DNA of 64,000 bases from an uncultured delta proteobacterium (GTDB lineage Bacteria; Desulfobacterota; Binatia; DP-6): positions 159,698 to 223,697 of the forward strand of contig CAWESA010000011.1 in assembly GCA_963811605.1 (NCBI GenBank), written 5' to 3'. Below the pieces are notes generated by a model that was given only the letters and a program-made list of their open reading frames with translations, had not been told where the DNA came from and did not search any database. The position numbers were made by a program, and so were the translations under genes. Of the stretch, positions 19,140-28,483 are shown in pieces (position 1 is the stretch's first letter; each line of letters opens with the position of its first letter).

Positions 19140-19987
19140 CTAGGTCTCCTTTCCATCCAGGTCGATGGGAACGCGCAGGCCGTGGCGCGCGCCGTGCTCA
19201 TCGGTCCAGGCCACGACGCTCTCCAGCGTCGATCCCTCCGGGCGCTCGCCCGGCAGGCGCTTGGCGCGAAAGCTGAGCCGCGTCCGGGTTCCGTCGGTCT
19301 CGCTGCTCGCCGACTCGACCGTCAAGCGCCCGGTCGTCGGGTGGGAACCACTCGACGCTCGCGGGTGCCTCGCTTCCAGTCGACGGTCACGGTCACGTCG
19401 CCGACACTGCCGTCCGCCGGCACCGCGCCTCGTGCGTGAGCGTCGCGGGGCCGCCGGCGCCGGCCGCCTCGATCGGGAAGCGTGGAGCCCACTGCGTGAA
19501 GAGCGCGGGATCGGCCGCGGCCCCGTCGGCGCCGACGGTCAAGCTCCAGCGACTTCTTGCCCCGGATGCACAGGCGCTCGCACGCCAGCCAGCCGACCTC
19601 GGCGCGCAGCGCCACCGCGGTCGCGTCGGGGACCGCCGCCGGCGGGGTCACGGTCGCACGCAGGAGCACGACGTCATCGTAGCCGTAGCCGACGACTCCG
19701 CCGGGTTGCTGGAAGCGCCGCGGCACCGGCCAGGCGAGGGGACCGATGCGGTAGCCTTCCGGCGCCGTCCAGCGGACCGAGGTCGGCAGTCCGGAGTCTC
19801 CGGGGTTGAGCCAGTAGACGTGCCAGCCCGGCTGCATGCGAAGCACGACGCCGACATCGAACGGCTTCCCCGGCTCGACACGGGCCGTGCTCGCCACTGC
19901 CGTCGCCTCGACCGGCTGGACGGCCGGCGCCGCGACGGCACGCGCCGCTGCGAACGCGATGATCAATCCCCCGAACAGGCGCCGCAT
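19140..19987 (-). pseudogene. DsbD N-terminal (alpha) domain-like thiol:disulfide interchange protein, reading frame disrupted in its 3' half
   Basis: Signal peptide MRRLFGGLIIAFAAARAVAA. Hallmark PGWHVYWLNPGDSGLPTSVRWTAPEGY and the W..C....C motif (VGWLACERLCI). After about residue 150 the called frame becomes poly-Arg. Protein-like sequence continues in two other frames (LTVGADGAAADPALFTQWAPRFPIEAAG...; VTVTVDWKRG...; ...LESVVAWTDEHGARHGLRVPIDLDGKET ending at 19140). Confidence 0.5.
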
Positions 19988-20020
19988 CGGTCCTGGATCT
20001 GCTGCCTCGTCGATGCCGAC

Positions 20021-21312
20021 TCAACCCCAGACCAGCGGACCACGCAGCGCGACCGTGGGAACCTCGATCTCGCGCAGCCCCTCGCGGGCGAGGACCGCGT
20101 TGGCGGCGAGCCGGCCGCTCACCACGGCCGCCTCCATCAGAGCGGCGGGCACGTCGAGCCGCACGTGGTCACCGGCGAGGAAGAGGTTCGCTATCGCCGT
20201 CCGGGTGGCCGCCCGGTGGGCGTGATCACCCGGCGCCCAGCGCGTGAAGTCGTCGCGGCGCTGGAACTCCTGGTGCCGCACACGCGTCCCCGCCAGCTCG
20301 GGCACCAGTCGGCGCTGCTCGTCGATCAGCCCGCCGGCCACGTCGCCCGCCGCCGCCTCGGACGTCATCGCATAGGCGTGCACCTCCACCACCGCGCCGC
20401 GGGTCCGGCGCGCCCACGCCCGGAAGGGCTCCTGGAAGTGCGAGTAGATCGCGATCGAATCGGTGTAGCGGTAGCCGGACACGGTGGCGAATGCGTCGCG
20501 CACCGGCGCCACCGGGCGATCGAGCCAGAGTCGCAGCACGGCATACGGATCGGCCTCCCCCAGCCGGGCGATGCGATCCGCCAGCTCCGGCGTACCGAGC
20601 TCCGAGGCCGCGGCGAGGGCCCGCACCCCGCGCACGTCGCACGCCACGATGCAGTGGTCGCACGCCACCCGCTCCGTGCGCCGGCCGGCCGGTGCCGTCA
20701 CCACCACGTCGGCTCCCTCCAGTCGCGCGTCCAGCGCCGCCAGCGCCCGTCGAGCGCGATCGGGCCGCCGGCGGCGAGCGCGACGAACAGGGGCATGCCG
20801 CTCGATCCGGGGAGCGCACGCCGGCCGCTGGCCGGCAGGGAGCGGTGCGGCACGCGCGCCCCGGCGCCGGTCGTGGTGCGGCCGAAGCGTTCCGCGACCC
20901 GATCCCCGTAGGGCACGGGGTAGCCGGCCGACTCGATCAGGTCGCCGTCGGCGCCCGCTGCCGCCAGGAGCTGCGCGAGGCTGTAGTACTGGGCGAAGAA
21001 TCCGTGGAAGCCATGCTCCACGGGGAAATCCTCGCCGAGGGCGCGGACCTGCCAGCCGCCGAGCTTGCCGCCCAGCTCGGACCCCTGCTCCACCAGGGTC
21101 ACCTGGAAGCCACGGCCGGCCAGCTCGGAGGCGGCCGCGATGCCCGCCAGCCCGCCTCCGATCACGACCACGCGTCGGGGTGTCGGGACCCGCTCCGGCA
21201 GCCCGGCAGACTCGCCGGGCACGCGGCTCCGGCGCGGCTGGATCGCCGCCAGGCCCCCGGCGGCGACCAGCAGACTCGCGCCCACTCCGCTCAGGAAGCG
21301 CCGGCGGTGCAC
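20021..21312 (-). pseudogene. Tat-exported FAD-dependent oxidoreductase (amine-oxidase/phytoene-desaturase-like fold) with a frameshift
   Basis: N-terminal frame has a Tat-like RRRFLSGVGASLLVAAGG and the Rossmann motif VVVIGGGLAGIAAASELAGRGFQVTLVEQGSELGGK. C-terminal frame has ...ADVVVTAPAG...DSIAIYSHFQEPF...IANLFLAGDHVRLDVPAALMEAAVVSGRLAAN. The two parts are in different frames. The junction is at about 20780-20870. Confidence 0.6.
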
Positions 21313-21321
21313 CCGTCCAGA

Positions 21322-21690
21322 CTACCCGTCGCGGTGCACGCTGTCCGGCGAGAACGCGGGGAGGCAGACGGCGACGTACTCCGCCCCCTCCGCGTCCGGC
21401 GACGAGTAGCGCACCCATTCCCCGGCGCGGGCGATCACCGCCTGTCCGGCATGGACGTCCAGGGTGCCGTCCCGATGCGCCACCCGCAGCATGCCGCGCA
21501 GGACGATCGTGTACTCGTCGAACTCCGGAGTCTGTCCAGGCTCTTCCCATCCCGCGGGGCTGCGCATGTGCGCGATGCTCACCGCGGAGGTGCCGGAATT
21601 GACCCGCCCGACGAACTCGTCGATCGCCTTCGGCTTGTTGCCAGCTGCCACGACCCGGGTCGGCTGATCGACCAGTCTCGGCATGGCCAT
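21322..21690 (-). CDS. cupin-domain protein
   Basis: 122 aa. Cupin-like beta sandwich pattern (YTIVLRGMLRVAHRDGTLDVHAGQAVIARAGEWVRY). Confidence 0.55.
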   Translation of the reverse strand: MAMPRLVDQPTRVVAAGNKPKAIDEFVGRVNSGTSAVSIAHMRSPAGWEEPGQTPEFDEYTIVLRGMLRVAHRDGTLDVHAGQAVIARAGEWVRYSSPDAEGAEYVAVCLPAFSPDSVHRDG

Positions 21691-21737
21691 GAATTTAGTG
21701 TGTTGACAGGCCCTGATTCAACCGGAAGCTTTCCCGC

Positions 21738-22241
21738 ATGACTGGCACGCAGGAGATACGCTCAACGAATGGCACGTGGCAGGACTGGATGCGGAGCCTC
21801 GGCCGGCACACACGCCGCATGCGGGAGTTCCTCGGGCTGACGCAGGAGGAGCTCGGCCGCCGCGCCGGCGTGAGTCAGGGCGCGATCAGCCGGCTCGAGG
21901 CCGGCCGCGGGCTCGCGACGCCACTGCTGGTGGTGGTCAAGATCGCAGGCGCTCTGCAGCAGGCACTGTCGACGCTCGATCAGGCCTTGCTGTCGCCCGA
22001 GGCGAGACGCCTGGTCGAGGAGGGCATTCGCCTGACCCCTCCGGGAGGCGCCGATGCGCGCCGCGACTCGCCGCTCACGAGCGATCCGTCGCTCGAGGAA
22101 TACGTGCAGCTGTTCCATCGCGTTCCCGACAAGCGCCGCGCCACGTTCCTGGCCGTCGTGCGCGCCACGTCGGAGGCAGTGCGGCACCAGGACGTGAGCG
22201 ACGACCCGGTGGAGCGCGAGCCCGAACGAGTCAACCTCTGA
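21738..22241 (+). CDS. XRE-family helix-turn-helix transcriptional regulator
   Basis: HTH_XRE motif LGLTQEELGRRAGVSQGAISRLEAGR. It is divergent from the cupin gene, with a 47-bp intergenic region. Confidence 0.7.
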   Translation: MTGTQEIRSTNGTWQDWMRSLGRHTRRMREFLGLTQEELGRRAGVSQGAISRLEAGRGLATPLLVVVKIAGALQQALSTLDQALLSPEARRLVEEGIRLTPPGGADARRDSPLTSDPSLEEYVQLFHRVPDKRRATFLAVVRATSEAVRHQDVSDDPVEREPERVNL

Positions 22242-22256
22242 CGTGACCAGCGGCCA

Positions 22257-22517
22257 TCAGGCCAGCACCTCGCGCCATCGACTGGGTGCGCGCCGAAGCG
22301 TCGCCGGAAGCACCGCGAACGCCTGGCGACCGCGATGGGCGAAGGCCTTCAGGCGGCCCACGACGCCGAGCCCGCGGCGCTCCTCGGGCCCGATGCGCCC
22401 CATCGCGAAGACGTCGTATGGCCAGGCGCGGACGCAGTCCTCCTTGCCCTCGCAGCGGTTGCGGTCGATCACCGGTAGCATCGCCCCGGCGTCGTGCTTG
22501 CAGTCCGGCTCGCCCAT
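22257..22517 (-). CDS. small hypothetical protein (possible Cys-containing metal-binding motif)
   Basis: 86 aa. Contains CKHDAG...IDRNRCEGKEDCVRAWPYDVF. No family recognised. Confidence 0.3.
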   Translation of the reverse strand: MGEPDCKHDAGAMLPVIDRNRCEGKEDCVRAWPYDVFAMGRIGPEERRGLGVVGRLKAFAHRGRQAFAVLPATLRRAPSRWREVLA

Positions 22518-22518
22518 G

Positions 22519-23337
22519 TCACACCCGCGCCGGGAGTGGCATGAGTCCCGGAGTGTCCACGCTGGTCTCGAACACGGTCGCGCCGCGTTCGGGCTGCTCC
22601 GTGTTGTCGGTGGTCGTCACGTACAGCGTCCGGCCGCCGTCCCCGCCGAAGCAGAGACTGGTCACGAAGCGCGACGGCACGTCGAGCCTCTGATCGAGCG
22701 CACCGGCGGGCGTGAACCGCCCGACGCAGCCCGCGTCCCCCAGCGCTACCCACACGCCCCCCGCCTCGTCGACGGCGAGCCCGTCGGGATTGCCGTGTGG
22801 CACCCGCGCGAGCTGGCGGCGCGCGCCGGTCTCGGCGTCGATCGCCAGCACCTCGGCACCGCTGTAGTTCGACAGGTAGAGCGTGCGGCCGTCGGGGGCG
22901 AAGCCGCAGCCGTTCGGGAAGGCCACCCCGTCGCACACCTGGACGGCCGCACCGCTGGCGTCGACACGCCATAGCTCGCTCGGCACGCGATGCTCGACCT
23001 CCATGGCGCCCGACCGCATCGACCCGACGTAGACGCGGCCCTGCGCGTCGGTGGTCAGGTCGTTGAAACCGAGGGCTCCGTCGACGGTGAGCAGCTGGCG
23101 CGACTGGCCGTCGCGCACGTGGCACAGGTCGCGCCCCGAGACGACGAGTCCGCCGTCGGCGTGCAGCACGAGGCCGCCGACACCCCGCCGTTTCGGGATG
23201 ACGGTCGCGACCTCGGCGCCCGGCGTCCAGTGGTAGACGCCGCCGGCGATGATGTCGCTGAAGTACAGACCGCCCGCCGGGTCCCAGCGCGGCGCCTCCA
23301 GGAACGTGTAGCCCCACACGACCGGGGTCATGGTCAT
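22519..23337 (-). CDS. SMP-30/gluconolactonase/LRE-like (SGL) beta-propeller hydrolase
   Basis: 272 aa. Start MTMTP mapped to 23337. Contains LEAPRWDPAGGLYFSDI, NGCGFAPDGRTLYLSN and PDGLAVDEAGGVWVA, which are typical SGL propeller blades. Confidence 0.75.
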   Translation of the reverse strand: MTMTPVVWGYTFLEAPRWDPAGGLYFSDIIAGGVYHWTPGAEVATVIPKRRGVGGLVLHADGGLVVSGRDLCHVRDGQSRQLLTVDGALGFNDLTTDAQGRVYVGSMRSGAMEVEHRVPSELWRVDASGAAVQVCDGVAFPNGCGFAPDGRTLYLSNYSGAEVLAIDAETGARRQLARVPHGNPDGLAVDEAGGVWVALGDAGCVGRFTPAGALDQRLDVPSRFVTSLCFGGDGGRTLYVTTTDNTEQPERGATVFETSVDTPGLMPLPARV

Positions 23338-24347
23338 GCGTTCGAGCCTGGCTCGACCAGCGCATCGATGGCGCCGAGGTGGGCATCGGGGATGCGCACG
23401 TCCAGCGCACGCAGGGAGTCCTCCAGGTGCCGCATCTCGCGCACCCCGACGATCGCCGACGTCACGGCCGGGTTGCGCAGCACCCAGGCGGTCGCGTAGC
23501 GGGCCAGCGGCGCGTCGACCTCGGCGGCGAGGCGCGCGAGCTCCTCGACGATGTCGAGCCGCCGCGCTCCCGCCGGCGTGCTCATGTCGAAGCGGGGCGC
23601 CACGAAGGCTCCGAACTCGGTCTGGTTGCGTGCGCGAGAGTCCTCGGGAACGGGCTTGCCCTTGCGGTACCGGCCGGCGAGCCAGCCGCCCTCGAGCGGG
23701 CTCCACACGATGGCACCGAATCCGTGCGCCTGGCAGACCGGGAAGATCTCGCGCTCCGCCTCACGCGTGAAGATCGAGTAGGGCGGCTGCGTCGAGACGA
23801 AGCGCTCCAGGTTGCGGCGCTCGCTGATCCAGAGCGACTCGACCATGCGCCAGCCGCCGAAGTGCATGCCGCGCGACTCCGCGAGCGTCCCGGTCGAGAC
23901 TCCGAGGTAGCGGACCTTGCCCTGGTGGACGAGATCGGTGAACGCGCCGAGCGTCTCCTCGAGCGGCGTGTCCTTGTCGTGGCGATGGAGCTGGTAGACG
24001 TCGATCCAGTCGGTGCGCAGGCGGCGGAGACTCTCCTCGACCTGGAGCATGATGTGGCGGCGCGACGTGCCCCGGTCGAGCATGCCGCCTGGCCCTGGCA
24101 TGAAGACCTTGGTGGCGATCACCGCCTCGTCCCGCCGCCCCTCGAGGGCCTTGCCGACGATCTCCTCCGACTCGCCCATGCCGTAGCGATTGGCCGTGTC
24201 GAGGAACGTGACGCCTTCGTCGAGCGCGCGGCGAATGATGCGCGCGCAGTCGTCGTGATCCGTATTGCCCCAGCGGCCGAAGGTCATGGTGCCGAGGCAG
24301 AGCCGCGAGACGCGGAGCCCGCTGTGCCCGAGCCGGACGTACTCCAT
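23334..24347 (-). CDS. aldo/keto reductase
   Basis: MEYVRLGHSGLRVSRLCLGTMTFG...GVTFLDTANRYGMGESEEIVGKAL. Full-length AKR fold. Confidence 0.9.
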   Translation of the reverse strand: MEYVRLGHSGLRVSRLCLGTMTFGRWGNTDHDDCARIIRRALDEGVTFLDTANRYGMGESEEIVGKALEGRRDEAVIATKVFMPGPGGMLDRGTSRRHIMLQVEESLRRLRTDWIDVYQLHRHDKDTPLEETLGAFTDLVHQGKVRYLGVSTGTLAESRGMHFGGWRMVESLWISERRNLERFVSTQPPYSIFTREAEREIFPVCQAHGFGAIVWSPLEGGWLAGRYRKGKPVPEDSRARNQTEFGAFVAPRFDMSTPAGARRLDIVEELARLAAEVDAPLARYATAWVLRNPAVTSAIVGVREMRHLEDSLRALDVRIPDAHLGAIDALVEPGSNA

Positions 24348-24352
24348 GACGC

Positions 24353-24826
24353 CTACGCCGCCAGGGCGCCGTCGATCGCCCGTCGCAGCTCGCGGTCGCC
24401 GGGCGCCACGTTGCTCGGGAAGAAGGCGCGCACCTCACCGTCCTTGCCGACCAGGAACTTGCAGAAGTTCCAGTTCGGCACGTCACCCGAGCGGGTGAGG
24501 AAGGCGTACACCGGCGACTGTCCGGGGCCCGGCTTGGTCTCACCCTTGGCGAAGAGCGGGAAGGCGACGCCGTAGTTGCGCTCGCAGAACGTCTTGATCT
24601 GCTCGGCCGACCCGGGCTCCTGACCGCCGAACTCGTTGCTCGGGAACCCGAGCACCGCGAAGCCTTTCCCGGCCAGCTCGTCGTTGAGCGCCTGCAGGCC
24701 GGCATACTGCGGCGTGAAGCCGCACTCGCTGGCGACGTTGACCACCAGGGTGACCTTGCCGCGGAACTCGCCCAGATCGGCGGCGCTGCCGTCGAGACGC
24801 TGCGTCCTCAGATCGTACAATCCCAT
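24353..24826 (-). CDS. glutathione peroxidase
   Basis: VTLVVNVASECGFTPQY...LGFPSNEFGGQEPG...WNFCKFLV. Start taken at MGLYDL. Confidence 0.9.
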   Translation of the reverse strand: MGLYDLRTQRLDGSAADLGEFRGKVTLVVNVASECGFTPQYAGLQALNDELAGKGFAVLGFPSNEFGGQEPGSAEQIKTFCERNYGVAFPLFAKGETKPGPGQSPVYAFLTRSGDVPNWNFCKFLVGKDGEVRAFFPSNVAPGDRELRRAIDGALAA

Positions 24827-24833
24827 GGCGTTC

Positions 24834-25295
24834 CTATCGCCCGGTTCCTCGGCCTGCGGCAAGCCCCGCGGCCCGTCGCGCCAGCGCCTGGTTCATCGCC
24901 TCGTATGCCGGCAGCAGGGTACGCCGCATCCAGCCGTCGAGCAGCGCCAGCGACAGGCCGCCGAAGTCCTCGCCGTGCAGGAAGCGACACGAGCCCGGGC
25001 CCTCGGGCGCGACGCCGAAGAAGTGCTCGCCGCGAAAGACGACGCCCTTCCAGCGCGCGATCGGGCCCGCCCAGCGGAACTCCTGGCCCGGCAGCACCGC
25101 CAGCATGCGAGCGTCGAGCGGCACGTCACGACGGCCGAGACGGACCGTCATCGCCACCGGGGCGCCGGGAACGAGCCGGGTCTCGACGCGCACCAGAAAG
25201 GGATTCCACTCCGGATAGCGCGGGAAGTCGGTGAGGACGTCCCAGACCGCCTCCGCCGGCGCGTCGACCACCGTCTCGGTGCGGATCGCCCGCAT
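24834..25295 (-). CDS. SRPBCC (START/Bet v1-like, polyketide cyclase/dehydrase family) protein
   Basis: AEAVWDVLTDFPRYPEWNPFLVRVE, characteristic of the SRPBCC N-terminus. Confidence 0.7.
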   Translation of the reverse strand: MRAIRTETVVDAPAEAVWDVLTDFPRYPEWNPFLVRVETRLVPGAPVAMTVRLGRRDVPLDARMLAVLPGQEFRWAGPIARWKGVVFRGEHFFGVAPEGPGSCRFLHGEDFGGLSLALLDGWMRRTLLPAYEAMNQALARRAAGLAAGRGTGR

Positions 25296-25307
25296 CGCGC
25301 CGCGCCG

Positions 25308-26207
25308 TCAGCACATCGCCACGCGCGCAAACGCGCGCAGGGCATCGATGTATTCCGCCCGCGAGTCCCCGGCGACACCGACCGTGAGCCACGTGACGCC
25401 GAGCGCCTCGAGCGCCTGGACGCGGTCGCGAATGCTGGCGGCGTCGCGGGACTCGGGCGGCAGCAGGAGCGCGTAGCAGATGTCGAGGGACCCCTGCCGC
25501 GACACCGCCGCCGCGTGTGCGCGGGCGAACGCCACGCGCGCGGCGAGGTCGTCGAGCGTCTCCATCGCCGGCGTCCGGGTGAACTTCGCCATCGCCGCCG
25601 TGTTCGGAAACGGCACCCAGCCGTCGCCGAGCTCGACGGCGCGGCGGATGGCGCGGCGGCTGTTGCCGCCCACCCAGATGGGCGGATGCGGTCGCTGCAC
25701 CGGCCGGAAGCCCATGCTGTTGCCGATCGCCGTGAAGCCGCGGCCGTCGTAGCGCACGTCGTCTTCCGCCCAGGCGCGCTTCATGGCGCGGATGGCGTCG
25801 TCCGAGACGTCGTCACGCGCCTCGAAGTCGGCGCCGAGCGCCGCGAACTCGCCGCGCAGGTATCCGGCGGCCACGCCCAGCGTCACGCGGCCTCCGGACA
25901 GCACGTCGAGGCTCAGGATCGACTTCGCCGCCAGGAAGGGGTTGCGATACGGCAGCACCAGGATGTGCGTCTGGAGTCGCAGCCTCGTGGTCACGGCGGC
26001 GGCGAACGACAGGGCGACGAACGGATCGAGCGCGTGGTGGCCGCCGCCGTACAGCCAGCGATGGGGCGGGAACGGATGGTCGGTCACGTAGCAGGCGTCG
26101 AAGCCGGCCTCCTCGGCCGCCCGGGCGATCTCGCACACCGCGGCCTGGCTGACGAACTCGTCGGCGCGATCGATACGCTCGGTGGGGAGGGAGACGGAGA
26201 AGCGCAT
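25308..26207 (-). CDS. LLM-class (luciferase-like) F420-dependent oxidoreductase
   Basis: 299 aa. GFDACYVTDHPFPP...LQTHILVLPYRNPFLAAKSILSLDVLSGGRVTLGVAAGY resembles the luciferase-like monooxygenase fold. Confidence 0.8.
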   Translation of the reverse strand: MRFSVSLPTERIDRADEFVSQAAVCEIARAAEEAGFDACYVTDHPFPPHRWLYGGGHHALDPFVALSFAAAVTTRLRLQTHILVLPYRNPFLAAKSILSLDVLSGGRVTLGVAAGYLRGEFAALGADFEARDDVSDDAIRAMKRAWAEDDVRYDGRGFTAIGNSMGFRPVQRPHPPIWVGGNSRRAIRRAVELGDGWVPFPNTAAMAKFTRTPAMETLDDLAARVAFARAHAAAVSRQGSLDICYALLLPPESRDAASIRDRVQALEALGVTWLTVGVAGDSRAEYIDALRAFARVAMC

Positions 26208-26209
26208 GC

Positions 26210-27412
26210 TCAGTTCGGGTTCGGGGCGCGGAAGGTGAAGATCAAGCGCGAGCGGCGCGGGATCCCCTGCACCGCGCTGAGGCTGGTGACGTACTCGTTG
26301 CGCTCCGTGCGACGACGTCCCGGCGCGAGGTCATACGTTCCGAAGAGCGCGGAGCGATTCGGCCGCACCGAGACCAGCTTGAGATCGTCCCAGCGCAGCC
26401 GGATGGTCACCTTCCGCTGGGCGGCGCCGCCTGCCATGCCGACCGATGCCCGGCAGAACACCCGGCCTCCCGTGCAGTCGACGAGGACGCCGGAGCGCAC
26501 CGACTCGACGACGCGGCGGATGTTCCGGACCACCAGCGCCGGCTGATCGAGCTGGAGGTAGTCCGAGCTCCGTCTGGCGATCACGTGCCGCCCGCCTGCC
26601 GCGAGCGTCGCCAGCTCGGCCTGACCCGTGGCCCAGGCGTCCTCGAGGGCAGGCGAGAAGTCCGGCGGCACTCCGGCGGGAAGCTCTTCGGGAAGACCGC
26701 GCGAGAGGACGGCGTACGGGACGCGCCGCAGCGGCGAGCCGGCGGCGGCGGCGAGCATCGACGCCGCGGCGGCCTCGAGGTCGATGGTCTCCAGATCCGG
26801 CACGCCCTCGAGCCCGGCGGTGCTCTGCACGACCTGCTGGTAGATCGACCAGTTCGTCGGCCCGAGGAAGCTCTCGAGCCGTTCCGGCCAGGCGTCCACC
26901 AGGACCAACCCTGCGACCTCGCCGGGGTGGGCGCTGGTGAACAGGCGGGCGAACAATCCTCCCAGCTGATGCCCCGCGAGCACGTAGGGCCCCGGCACCT
27001 CCGCGACCCGCAGGAGCGCGTCGAGGTCGGCGACGATGTCGTCCGCGGTCCGCGGCATCGGCACGGGATCGCTGCGGCCGAGCTGCTGCTGGTCGAAGTA
27101 CGTTCCCGGTCGATCGTAGGTGCACACGCGGGTGAACTTGGCGACCTGAGCGGCCACCGGTACGCCGCGCGCCACGGGCCCCGCCCAGACGCGGCCGTCG
27201 TTGCGGTATCCCGACTCGAGGATCACCGTGGGGCCGCCGTTGCCGTGACACTCGAGGTAGAGACGACGCCCTCCCCCGATGTCGAAGAGCTCCCCGAAGT
27301 CGGCGGCGGAGGCCGCCGGCTCGCCGACCTGGGCGCGCGGCTCGCTGCTGGCGACGCCGATCGACCACACGATGAGCGCAACGGCAAGGCAAGCGCGGGC
27401 GACTCGGTGCAT
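26210..27412 (-). CDS. secreted alpha/beta hydrolase with a C-terminal extension
   Basis: Signal peptide MHRVARACLAVALIVWSIGVASS. Nucleophile-elbow-like GHQLGG (GxSxG position with Q), so the active site is atypical. The hydrolase core is followed by about 110 aa of extra C-terminal sequence. Confidence 0.65.
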   Translation of the reverse strand: MHRVARACLAVALIVWSIGVASSEPRAQVGEPAASAADFGELFDIGGGRRLYLECHGNGGPTVILESGYRNDGRVWAGPVARGVPVAAQVAKFTRVCTYDRPGTYFDQQQLGRSDPVPMPRTADDIVADLDALLRVAEVPGPYVLAGHQLGGLFARLFTSAHPGEVAGLVLVDAWPERLESFLGPTNWSIYQQVVQSTAGLEGVPDLETIDLEAAAASMLAAAAGSPLRRVPYAVLSRGLPEELPAGVPPDFSPALEDAWATGQAELATLAAGGRHVIARRSSDYLQLDQPALVVRNIRRVVESVRSGVLVDCTGGRVFCRASVGMAGGAAQRKVTIRLRWDDLKLVSVRPNRSALFGTYDLAPGRRRTERNEYVTSLSAVQGIPRRSRLIFTFRAPNPN

Positions 27413-27510
27413 GCGGCGTCCACCATTCATCTCCGGCCGCCGTCGCGTCAAGCAACACGGGCGAGCAGACCCCCTGGCGATTGGCAGGCGGCCGGGGCAT
27501 GAGTCCAGGT

Positions 27511-28447
27511 GCGATGCAGGCCGCTCGCGTCCACCGCTTCGGCTCGCCCGACGTCATCGCGATCGAGGACGTTCCTCGACCCGCACCCGGTACGGATGAG
27601 GTCCTCGTGCGCGTGCAGGCCGCCGGCGTCGGCCCGTGGGACGCCTGGATCCGAGCCGGCAGGAGCGTCCTGCCCCAGCCGCTGCCGCTGACTCTCGGCT
27701 CCGACCTCTCCGGCAGCGTGCAGGCCGTCGGCTCGGCGGTGAGGGGCTTCGCGCCGGGGGACCCGGTCTTCGGCGTCACCAATCCCCGCTTCACCGGCGC
27801 CTACGCGGAGTACGCGGTCGCCGTGAGCGGCATGATCGCGCGCCGACCCGCGCACGTGGATGCGGTCGAGGCGGCGGCGGTCCCCGTGGTTGCCGTCACC
27901 GCCTGGCAGATGTTGTTCGAGCGGGCGCGCGTGGGCGCCGGCACGACCGTCCTGGTCCACGGCGGCGGGGGGAGCGTGGGTAGCGATCGCCGTCCAGCTC
28001 GCGCGGCGCGAAGGCGCCAGCGTGATCGCGACGGCGGGTGCCGACGATGTCGACTACGTCAGGGGTCTCGGCGCCGCACTGGTCGTCGACCATCGCGCGG
28101 CACGCTTCGAGGAGGTCACCGGTCCGGTGGACGTCGTCATCGACACCGTCGGGGGCGACGTCCAGCGCCGTTCGTTCTCCGTCCTCGCGCGGGGCGGCGT
28201 GCTGGTCTCGATCGTCTCCGAGCCGGATGCCGGCGAGGCGGCGCGACACGGCGTGCACGCGACGTTCCTGCTCGTCAAGGTCACGACGGCGCACCTGGCA
28301 CGCATCGCCGCGCTGCTCGACGACGGCAGCCTCACGACGCGCATCGGCACGGTCCTGCCCCTGTCCGAGGCGCGGTCGGCACACGAGATGCTCGACGGGA
28401 GCCGTGCACGCCCGCGCGGGAAGATCGTCCTGCGCGCCCGGAGCTGA
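27511..28447 (+). pseudogene. NADPH:quinone oxidoreductase / zinc-type alcohol dehydrogenase (MDR family) with a +1 frameshift
   Basis: N-terminal frame MQAARVHRFGSPDVIAIEDVPRPAPGTDEVLVRVQAAGV...VLVHGGGGSVGS. The rest continues in the +1 frame: IAVQLARREGASVIATAGADDVDYVRGLGA...GKIVLRARS. There is an extra base in ggtagcGatcgcc, at about 27984-27988. Confidence 0.7.
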
Positions 28448-28483
28448 TCGCCCTCCGGGGCGAGCCGGCTCCGCACTGCCACG

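Noticed and set aside
21691-21737. TTGACA hexamer (21703-21708) in the cupin/XRE divergent region as a sigma-70 -35 element
   Set aside because: No acceptable -10 hexamer at 16-18 nt spacing in either orientation. Too weak to call.
24636-26546. 636-aa plus-strand ORF
   Set aside because: Antisense to the glutathione peroxidase, SRPBCC, LLM oxidoreductase and hydrolase genes, which all have clear conserved motifs.
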